A DNA stretch of 52,356 nucleotides. Source: a virus (lineage: Duplodnaviria; Caudoviricetes). The translations under genes were made by a program, and so were the position numbers. The stretch lies in the IMG/VR virus record IMGVR_UViG_3300021959_000062, positions 1 to 52,356 of that record; one strand, 5' to 3'. Positions 39,500 through 46,757 of this stretch are shown here, piece by piece. The notes under the pieces are model-generated. The model searched no databases, had not been told where the DNA came from, and was given only the letters and a program-made list of their open reading frames with translations. The first letter of the stretch is position 1, and every line of letters begins with the position of its first letter.

Positions 39500-40606
39500 T
39501 TATGGTGATCCACCATCTATGCTTGCATAAGAAATTACTACAGGACTACCTGCATTAGTTCCAGCAAAAATAGCCATGCCACTTACACTCGTACTACTAT
39601 TACCTAGCGTAATTGCGGTAGTTCCCACAGTAACATTACTAGCAGCTAATTTACTAACAGCAATAGCGGCACTAGCATTAATATGAGTATTGGTAATATC
39701 TACATTAGCAAGATTACTAAAATCTACAGTAGCATCAAGTTCACCCTTAGTTCCTCCAAACACTTCACTAGTATTGGTCGCATCAGGAATAAATGTAAAT
39801 TTGCCTGTACTATCATCATATCCAAAAAATCCAGATTTAGCAACTGATCCGTCATGATATAAAAATTCAACACCCCGATCCTTATTGTCATCACTACCAG
39901 GAACCGTATCTCCTCCGACTCTAATGACAGGATCATCAACACTAACAACCGTAGAATTAACAGTAGTCGTTGTGCCATTAACTGTTAAATCTCCATCAAC
40001 CGTTAGATTTCTTAATCCTGTTAAATCTTTATCACTATCTACAACAACTGCTTTACTAGCCGATACAGTGCCTCCTGTAACTCCATCCAAAACATTTACC
40101 TCTGAAGCACTTGCTGTAACATCTGTCACTTTATCTAAATTAATTCCTACGACGCCAATGTCTATTGTATTGTCTGAGTCTCTATAATTTAAACCCAATC
40201 CACTAGCAGCATTAAGACCTGTTCCAATAATATCTTGTACATCTTCTGCACTTACTGAAGAAGTTGCAGTGCTATTAATAGTAATTTGTCCACCAGCATT
40301 ACTTAAAGTAATATTATTACCAGCCACAATATTAGCACTAAAAGAAATACCTGTAACTTGACTATTACTATCTGTGACCTTGGTAATGCTAACCCCACTA
40401 CCACCAGCAGTATGTATATCGTCAAAAGCTATACTTAAAAATTCTAAACTGTTCCAAGCAGTAGTACCATCACCAATTTTAACTCTATCTGTGGTAGTAT
40501 CTAAACCTATTTCACCAGCACCTAATACTGCTCCATTACCGCCATTGGCTGTGGACCAATCGCTTGATGAGCCTCTTCTAACTTGTAGTAATGTGTTAAC
40601 TGGCAT
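39500..40606 (-). CDS. Short fibre protein: N-terminal Mtd_N-like domain, C-terminal IDGGSP
   Basis: 368 aa; LQVRRGSSSDW...GEIGLDTTTDRVKIGDGTTAWNSL; LTVDGDLTVNGTTTTVNST...DDNKDRGVEF fibre motif; GGAGAAT RBS. Confidence 0.85.
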   Translation of the reverse strand: MPVNTLLQVRRGSSSDWSTANGGNGAVLGAGEIGLDTTTDRVKIGDGTTAWNSLEFLSIAFDDIHTAGGSGVSITKVTDSNSQVTGISFSANIVAGNNITLSNAGGQITINSTATSSVSAEDVQDIIGTGLNAASGLGLNYRDSDNTIDIGVVGINLDKVTDVTASASEVNVLDGVTGGTVSASKAVVVDSDKDLTGLRNLTVDGDLTVNGTTTTVNSTVVSVDDPVIRVGGDTVPGSDDNKDRGVEFLYHDGSVAKSGFFGYDDSTGKFTFIPDATNTSEVFGGTKGELDATVDFSNLANVDITNTHINASAAIAVSKLAASNVTVGTTAITLGNSSTSVSGMAIFAGTNAGSPVVISYASIDGGSP

Positions 40607-40621
40607 TATGTATTCTCCGTA

Positions 40622-40849
40622 TTATGGTGTGCCACAATCTATATTGTAGCTGTCTATAAAATTTGTTAGGTAATTATCTAAACCGACTACTTCACTAGCA
40701 TAAACAATAGTTGCAGCAAAACCAGTACTAATTTCTACCGTATCTGTAACTGTGCTAGTAGCTTCTACGGTTTGAGTATTATCATCTGTAGATATCTCAA
40801 TATCCAATGTACTAACTGTATCAGATATTTCTAAAGTAAAATCACTCAT
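40622..40849 (-). CDS. Small acidic linker-like protein ending IDCGTP
   Basis: ATG at 40849 preferred (TAATG overlap, GGAG RBS; 75 aa); rich in Thr/Val beta-strand segments. Confidence 0.7.
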   Translation of the reverse strand: MSDFTLEISDTVSTLDIEISTDDNTQTVEATSTVTDTVEISTGFAATIVYASEVVGLDNYLTNFIDSYNIDCGTP

Positions 40850-41250
40850 TAAGGACACTCCAATGCTGTGGTAGATTTACTAAATCTCTTCTGTATGTTT
40901 ACAGTACCAAAAAGTAGTCTTGTCACATACCTACCGCCTTCAGTATAATGAAGTTCATCTGACTGTAATTCTAAATCATACTTAGCATTATTAAAATCAA
41001 ATCCATTAGTAGTACCAGCAGCAAATAATAAATTAATTTTACCTAAAGTTCCTTCTATATTAAAATCATAAATGCTTTTATCTGTATTACTACTAGAAAA
41101 GGTCTGTGTAGCATTTGAACTGGTCCGCCATGTTAATCTAGCGCACCATCCTGAAATATCAATAGGATCTCCATTTGAATCTTTATATATTAAAGACATC
41201 TTAAATGAGGAACCTTGTTCAATAGTAAAATCGTACTGACTTGCACCCAT
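40849..41250 (-). CDS. Small beta-sandwich adaptor protein (BppU-N-like), paralog 1
   Basis: 133 aa; YDFTIEQGSSF...PIDISGWCARLTW...AKYDLELQ...RLLFGTVNI; GAGG RBS. Confidence 0.6.
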   Translation of the reverse strand: MGASQYDFTIEQGSSFKMSLIYKDSNGDPIDISGWCARLTWRTSSNATQTFSSSNTDKSIYDFNIEGTLGKINLLFAAGTTNGFDFNNAKYDLELQSDELHYTEGGRYVTRLLFGTVNIQKRFSKSTTALECP

Positions 41251-41270
41251 ATTAATACCTCTATAGTGTT

Positions 41271-41287
41271 ATATTTATTAGTACACC
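41271..41287 (-). promoter_or_regulatory. Putative phage late promoter GGTGTA-N8-TA
   Basis: GGTGTActaataaaTA lies between the capsid terminator and the next gene, where re-initiation would be needed. Confidence 0.6.
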
Positions 41288-41301
41288 AGACATCAGCTTA
41301 T

Positions 41302-41328
41302 AAAAAAAGCCGCACAAGTGTGCGGCTT
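41302..41328 (-). terminator. Rho-independent terminator after the major capsid gene
   Basis: Minus strand AAGCCGCAC-ACTT-GTGCGGCTT followed by further Ts. Confidence 0.92.
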
Positions 41329-41355
41329 CCCTTAGTTAACATCTATAAAGATAGA

Positions 41356-42369
41356 TTAAACAGCGCCAAGGATGACTCTTCTGTTATCAAGAACAGCAAA
41401 GCCTTGCTCAGCCCAGCCATAGAAACCAGCTCTCTTCTGACGATGAAGTGTATCATCTTCGTAGATCTGTACTGGCTCACGAACTGGCATGATGAAACTA
41501 TCTCTCTTGCGAAGATCAAGTCCAACTACCAATTCAGTTGTATGACCTGTTGGCATGGAAGCACTTAGGGTGCTCTCATAGAACAACTGATATTCTTGGC
41601 CATCACCAAGCTCATCAAGGTCATGAAGGTTGACACCGAAGATTCTATTGACAGAACCATCAGCTGCAGTGTAAATCTCACGACGAGTTACCTCATCAAC
41701 CTGATCAACACCCCAATTACGAATGTCTTCCATAGCTTCTGGAGAGACATAAAGATCAGTCAACATTCCACGATTGTTGGAAGCTGAATTGCCACCGCCA
41801 TTACGACGCATGACGGTCTTTAGAAGAGAAACAAGTCTCTTGCTGAACTGACCTTCTGTAGCATCACTATCATAAACGACGATGTTACGATCTACACCGG
41901 CAGCAAGAATGGTGTGCCAACCGTCATCATTCATCTTTTTAACGAATGAAGCTTCAAGAACTTCCATAGCGCGACCGACAACGTCCCAACGGGCATCACG
42001 GGCATACTTTAAGAGATAATCAATGCTAGCACCGATATCAAAAGTAGGAACCATGACGTAATCGCCTTCGACGTGACGCTCTGGAATATAGCCATGATTA
42101 GGAACAGTATAAGCAACAAAGTCCTTTTCTGTACCTGGGGCTAAGAAATCAAGCGGAAATTCTGGAGTAGCACTCTGGGCCAATTGAATTGGCTCAAAGA
42201 TACCATCAAGAATGTTACCGCTAAGTACACCTTGACGGAGAGGCTGCTCTAGAGCTTTCGCAAATTCTGCAGTAGCAGCTAGAGAGGTCTCTCTGTGCTG
42301 CGAACCAGACTTAACTAAAAGATCAGTTAATTCTGGAGTTGGTTGAAATGCTTTAGTTTCTGCTGACAT
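41356..42369 (-). CDS. Major capsid protein (HK97 fold expected)
   Basis: 337 aa; follows protease/scaffold and decoration genes; strong GGGAGAAT RBS; terminator downstream; LYVSPEAMEDIRNW and GFYGWAEQGFAVLDNRRVI motifs. Confidence 0.88.
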   Translation of the reverse strand: MSAETKAFQPTPELTDLLVKSGSQHRETSLAATAEFAKALEQPLRQGVLSGNILDGIFEPIQLAQSATPEFPLDFLAPGTEKDFVAYTVPNHGYIPERHVEGDYVMVPTFDIGASIDYLLKYARDARWDVVGRAMEVLEASFVKKMNDDGWHTILAAGVDRNIVVYDSDATEGQFSKRLVSLLKTVMRRNGGGNSASNNRGMLTDLYVSPEAMEDIRNWGVDQVDEVTRREIYTAADGSVNRIFGVNLHDLDELGDGQEYQLFYESTLSASMPTGHTTELVVGLDLRKRDSFIMPVREPVQIYEDDTLHRQKRAGFYGWAEQGFAVLDNRRVILGAV

Positions 42370-42390
42370 GTTTTTATTCTCCCTTTTTAT

Positions 42391-42873
42391 TTAGGCAATG
42401 TTGACTGCTACTTTGACATAACCATCGGAATCTCTAGAACTCAAGAATCTACCCACGCGATAGTTCTCGTCTTCAGTGGTACCATCTGCAGGTGCAGATG
42501 CACTGAATAGACCACTTGCACCGACATAGGCTGAATCACCAGCAGCAACTGTGCCAGTAACCTTATCAGTTGTGACCTGACCAACTTGTAGCAAAGTAAC
42601 TTTGCCACCACCCTGAACCTCATCCTTATGCCAGTTAATATGCTGACGGGTGAGATCAATATTTACAACATCATTTAACAACACACCAACAGGCTTTGCG
42701 CCACTAGTGGCTGTAGCATAAGCAACAACTGCACTGGAGTCATCCATAGCAGCGCCAGTACCGCCGGTACTAACAGATGCTACTCCACCACGTACAATAG
42801 TGCTTGCTGTAGCGTTGTTCATGAAAAATGAAACATCAGTTTGAGTTTCGATACGATCTGGTTTTAAAGCCAT
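42391..42873 (-). CDS. Capsid decoration/cement protein
   Basis: Start reassigned to ATG 42873 (AAGGGAG RBS; MALKPDR, 160 aa); Gly/Ala/Val-rich beta protein directly upstream of the capsid gene. Confidence 0.65.
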   Translation of the reverse strand: MALKPDRIETQTDVSFFMNNATASTIVRGGVASVSTGGTGAAMDDSSAVVAYATATSGAKPVGVLLNDVVNIDLTRQHINWHKDEVQGGGKVTLLQVGQVTTDKVTGTVAAGDSAYVGASGLFSASAPADGTTEDENYRVGRFLSSRDSDGYVKVAVNIA

Positions 42874-42886
42874 GTTTAATTCTCCC

Positions 42887-43705
42887 TTATTTTGAGGTAT
42901 TACCGAGTCTAGCACTTACAAATTCAACAAGTTCACTACGAACACTAGCTTCTGCTGATTCAGTTTCTGACTCGTCGTTTCCAACGCTCAGATCAACGGT
43001 TTCTTCAGCTTCTACTTCTTCCAAAGCAGATTCAGCTTCTTCAAGTTCGGAAGCTTTCTCTTTCTCTTCCTTCTTTTTCTTTTCTAAAGCTTCTTTAAGA
43101 GCTGGTGGCATTGCTGCCTCAGTATCTTCTTCAGCTTCAACTGTTTCTTCAGCCTGTGCAGGCTTCATAGTAGCAAGAATAGAAGTCATAGCATCGAATG
43201 CTTCGTCATCGAGACTTTCAAATTTCTCAACAGCAGCGGAAGCAGCATCGTCTTCAAGACCCGCTTCAACCAAATTTGCTTTTCTGCTCTCCATTTTTTC
43301 TTTCTTGGCCATTTCTTCTTCCTTCATCTTGTAACCAGCGATAACTTCGTTGGCTTCTTCAAGAGAGGTCTGTGCGGCCTTGAGAGCTTCTTCGAGTTCT
43401 GTTTTACTAGCGACTACTTCTTCGAGTTCAGATTTAGCCTTATCTTCTTTTTTCTTCATTTCGGCCATTTCTAAATCTTTTTTAGCTTTTTCTTCTTCAA
43501 CCTTTGTGGCTAAAGATTCTAACTCTTCTGATTTTGCTTCAAGCATTTCATCTTTTTCTTTCATAGTAGCCTCTAATGTTTGATTGGTTTGTTCTAGTTC
43601 TGAAGCAGTTGCTTTCGCTTCTGCCACCTGATCTGCACAATTTACAGAAACAGAGTCTAATTTATCATTAATTTCTGCAACTTGTTTTTCGATATTTTCA
43701 CTCAT
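42887..43705 (-). CDS. Nested in-frame scaffolding protein (internal start MSENIEKQ)
   Basis: TACGGAGAATAtcgttATG at 43705 shares an 11-mer with the RBS of gene 40606 and sits exactly at the protease/coiled-coil boundary. Confidence 0.65.
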   Translation of the reverse strand: MSENIEKQVAEINDKLDSVSVNCADQVAEAKATASELEQTNQTLEATMKEKDEMLEAKSEELESLATKVEEEKAKKDLEMAEMKKKEDKAKSELEEVVASKTELEEALKAAQTSLEEANEVIAGYKMKEEEMAKKEKMESRKANLVEAGLEDDAASAAVEKFESLDDEAFDAMTSILATMKPAQAEETVEAEEDTEAAMPPALKEALEKKKKEEKEKASELEEAESALEEVEAEETVDLSVGNDESETESAEASVRSELVEFVSARLGNTSK

Positions 43706-44527
43706 AACGATATTCTCCGTATCTGTATTGATTGTGGGCTTATTTTCTATTACACCTGATTTTAATAAATTGTCATTTTTTTTATCCAATAAATCTTCAA
43801 TTACTCTTTTATTAAAAATAATGCTATCAGGATTGGCTGGTTTGTCAACAAATCCTTTACCACTAAAAGTAATACTTCTTAAAACTCTGCCTATCTTATA
43901 ATTCTCGTGTTCGCCCTGTCCACCATAGGCTCTTAAGTACTTTGTTAAATATGCCGTACTATCATTTCTTGCTAATACTTTATATTCTCCATTAACCTTA
44001 TCTGTCAATCCATAATCAAAACCCTTAAAATAACACTCCATACTGACATATTTTGTGCCATCCTCGATTTCAGCAATTAATTTTTCTGCTCGTTCCTTTA
44101 ACTCTGGTGAACTAAATGCTTTATAGATAACTGATCCAGTAACTATGTGAAATTTCTCTGGTAGTTCATTCATCTCAATATCATCAGCAATAGCTTTACC
44201 TTCATTGTCAATTGGCCAGTTTGATGTAATATGGCCAATAATTGTATTTTCATCGTGTTCTAAATTTGTGGGTTTGTCTTCAGGCGTCTTGCGAGCAGCC
44301 CAAACTTCAGCTCTATCGAAAACGTCATCATTTCTATTCCAAGATGAACTAACCAATATAGACTGAACATAATATAAATCAGCATCATCGACAGCAGCCA
44401 ATGTTTTTGTTCTAATCTGATTCTGCTCAACCTCACACGGTTCAACAATAGACGCATAAGAGATCTTAGTAGAAGCAGTTATTTTTGCTGCTAAACCATC
44501 ATCAGTCTCTTGTGGATAAATTATCAT
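42887..44527 (-). CDS. Prohead protease fused to a C-terminal coiled-coil scaffold
   Basis: 546 aa; NRNDDVF...NLEHD...IIGH...VSMECY...FSGKGFVDKPAN protease-like N-half; Glu/Lys/Ala coiled-coil C-half; between portal and capsid. Confidence 0.8.
   Translation of the reverse strand: MIIYPQETDDGLAAKITASTKISYASIVEPCEVEQNQIRTKTLAAVDDADLYYVQSILVSSSWNRNDDVFDRAEVWAARKTPEDKPTNLEHDENTIIGHITSNWPIDNEGKAIADDIEMNELPEKFHIVTGSVIYKAFSSPELKERAEKLIAEIEDGTKYVSMECYFKGFDYGLTDKVNGEYKVLARNDSTAYLTKYLRAYGGQGEHENYKIGRVLRSITFSGKGFVDKPANPDSIIFNKRVIEDLLDKKNDNLLKSGVIENKPTINTDTENIVMSENIEKQVAEINDKLDSVSVNCADQVAEAKATASELEQTNQTLEATMKEKDEMLEAKSEELESLATKVEEEKAKKDLEMAEMKKKEDKAKSELEEVVASKTELEEALKAAQTSLEEANEVIAGYKMKEEEMAKKEKMESRKANLVEAGLEDDAASAAVEKFESLDDEAFDAMTSILATMKPAQAEETVEAEEDTEAAMPPALKEALEKKKKEEKEKASELEEAESALEEVEAEETVDLSVGNDESETESAEASVRSELVEFVSARLGNTSK
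43740..43756 (-). promoter_or_regulatory. Putative intragenic late promoter for scaffold-decoration-capsid
   Basis: GGTGTAatagaaaaTA about 45 nt upstream of the internal start at 43705. Confidence 0.55.
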
Positions 44528-44538
44528 ATGTTTTACCT

Positions 44539-46704
44539 CTAATTTTTAAGTAGACAATAAAAAGAAGCTTTAGCCTGTTTTTGATCATCAACAGTAAGAT
44601 CTTTATTTAATTCGGAAGCCAACTGTCTTAACCATACACTATAAGTCGTCAAGTGTTGATTATCTAAATTATTTAATTTCTCATGCACATATTGTTTATT
44701 GATTGTGCAAAATGGTGTGCTATTGAAAAGTATACTGCTTTTAATATTTTCAAGCTCTTTAGATTGATCACTACCTAAACTCCTGAGATTTCTTTTCCCA
44801 TAGAAATCAAGCAATATTGGGTTGATAATTTCGCTAATTGTGTCCTGCGCAGCTGATGCCCAGAGTTGTAAAGACGCTCCTGTTTGTGGTTTGAAAGTGC
44901 GTTCTTTTCGCTGTTCTTTGTCTTTAGAGTTTTTAGGTCTACCTTGCTGCGGTTCACCAGGCAAAGACTCTGGCGAGTCTTTTGCCAACTTTGTTGGTTT
45001 AAAGGCTTGCCGCATTTCGAGTGAACTTTTTTCTCCATCTTTCTTTGGATCTAATTCTAGTCCAACTTCGCTCGGAGTAGCTACTCCGCTTTGTAAAGCT
45101 ATTTTCTTGAGAGAGTTTTCTGGCTGTGGATCATGATAAGGGCTAGATTTAGCTATCATTCTATCCGACTTCCTTTCTCTCTTTTCTCTGTTGAGTCTAA
45201 TCTTTTCCATGTCTGGATCAAAGCCGAATCGTTTTTGTAATAATTCATCTGAGATAAGACTTCTGTCAGCTAACTGTATAAGTAATGATTTCTCACTTTC
45301 CTCATTACTAAGATCCATTCTGTCAAATTCAATCTTTGCTGGTTTTTGAAAACCCATAGCTTTTTGTACTAATCTTATTTCTTCATTCCAAAATTCAATC
45401 AATACATCTCTGCCATATTGAAGTCTTTGTGTAAGTGTCTTGAGACTGATAAAGTTATTGGTAGTTCCAGAAGCTCCAAATGTTCCGGTTAGAGTCGGAG
45501 GAATACCTAAGCCAGCATAAACGCTATTTAAATGAGGAGTGTATTTACCCTCACCTAAGAATTGATGTACACTAGTTCTACTTTCTAATAACTCAATGTC
45601 TGGACCCCAAACTAAATCCATTGTTCCTCCACCTACATTATTTCCAAGGATACCTGCTAGCTTTGCAGCCGCTGCTTTGGTTGGAGCTATCTTGTGTTCG
45701 AGACTACCTAATTTAAAAATTCTAATATTAGAAATAGCACCATCTAGTGCTGCCATATCTGCAAGTTTTAATTTTTCGATTACGGTGATATCATCCATAA
45801 TAGAATAGATCATTGGAAAAGCCCATCTTTGCCAATCGTCTTTCTTATAGTGGAATACTCTAACCTTTTGTGGATTAAGAGGATAATTCTTTCTGCTTTT
45901 AGCTGCCTCTAAAATCTCATCAGGTAGTTGAGCTACTACTTCTTTTTCTGCATCACTTTTAGGAGAATTAATAGTCTTGCGTAAGGCTGCTGGTAAAATT
46001 AATTCATATCGTTTATCTACAACAAAAGAAGATAATGAACCTGCGGAAACTTCGACATATACAGGATCAATAAAAGTATATTTCCAAGGAATTTCTCTTT
46101 TATCTACATCTGTATTGTCAAGCGTATCAATAAGCAAATCTGCATTAGCACTAGTCTTATACATTTTTTCTGCTGTTTTTAAAGTCAACTTACCTGTTTG
46201 ACGATTAACAACAACATTACCACTCTTGTAAAGATTATTAAGAAATCTTTCGCTTCTTTCTTTGCCTCCACACTTCTCAAACCATTTTCTATAAAAGCGT
46301 TCAATTCTTTTATTTTGATGAACAATACGGATACCTTGTGCTCCAAAGTCTCCCATCAAATCAATAACATTTTTTACCAACCCTACTCTTTGATAAATAT
46401 CCTCAGCTTTTTTAAGAATAGCCTTAGCTTTTCTAGGTACAGCTTCGTCAGGTCTAAAAAAGTCATAATCAAGCTTGGTTAAGCCTGGACGACCAGATGT
46501 GTTAGTGTCTAGATTAGAATAGTCTAAACCTCGTCGTCTTGAACCTTGAGAATGCTCGATAGCAGTATATTCAGACATAGATTCTGAAGATTTACTTAAA
46601 GCCTCTTGCTTAGAAGATAGGTCATCACCCCATGTAACATAGGCTTCTTCGCCTTCTAGAGATTGATCTGGAATGGCGTCACTTTTTGGATATTTTTTTG
46701 TCAT
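44539..46704 (-). CDS. Portal protein
   Basis: 721 aa directly after TerL; GLVKNVIDLMGDFG, VFHYKKDDWQRWAFP, GLGIPPTLTG motifs; C-terminal GRPKN extension. Confidence 0.85.
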   Translation of the reverse strand: MTKKYPKSDAIPDQSLEGEEAYVTWGDDLSSKQEALSKSSESMSEYTAIEHSQGSRRRGLDYSNLDTNTSGRPGLTKLDYDFFRPDEAVPRKAKAILKKAEDIYQRVGLVKNVIDLMGDFGAQGIRIVHQNKRIERFYRKWFEKCGGKERSERFLNNLYKSGNVVVNRQTGKLTLKTAEKMYKTSANADLLIDTLDNTDVDKREIPWKYTFIDPVYVEVSAGSLSSFVVDKRYELILPAALRKTINSPKSDAEKEVVAQLPDEILEAAKSRKNYPLNPQKVRVFHYKKDDWQRWAFPMIYSIMDDITVIEKLKLADMAALDGAISNIRIFKLGSLEHKIAPTKAAAAKLAGILGNNVGGGTMDLVWGPDIELLESRTSVHQFLGEGKYTPHLNSVYAGLGIPPTLTGTFGASGTTNNFISLKTLTQRLQYGRDVLIEFWNEEIRLVQKAMGFQKPAKIEFDRMDLSNEESEKSLLIQLADRSLISDELLQKRFGFDPDMEKIRLNREKRERKSDRMIAKSSPYHDPQPENSLKKIALQSGVATPSEVGLELDPKKDGEKSSLEMRQAFKPTKLAKDSPESLPGEPQQGRPKNSKDKEQRKERTFKPQTGASLQLWASAAQDTISEIINPILLDFYGKRNLRSLGSDQSKELENIKSSILFNSTPFCTINKQYVHEKLNNLDNQHLTTYSVWLRQLASELNKDLTVDDQKQAKASFYCLLKN

Positions 46705-46738
46705 ATTATATTTTAACCGTAATAGGATTGCAATGCTA

Positions 46739-46755
46739 TTAGTTTATAATACACT
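46739..46755 (-). promoter_or_regulatory. Putative phage late promoter AGTGTA-N8-TA upstream of portal
   Basis: Intergenic AGTGTAttataaacTA. Confidence 0.55.
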
Positions 46756-46757
46756 TT

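Noticed and set aside
34956-40606. Diversity-generating retroelement suggested by Mtd_N-like domains
   Set aside because: No reverse transcriptase, no adenine-specific TR/VR pair and no CLec/FGE-type C-terminus seen in the window.
40607-40624. Stop read-through fusing the 75 aa and 368 aa proteins (they are in frame)
   Set aside because: The stop is TAA, the downstream gene has its own strong RBS, and the other Pro-stop junctions are out of frame.
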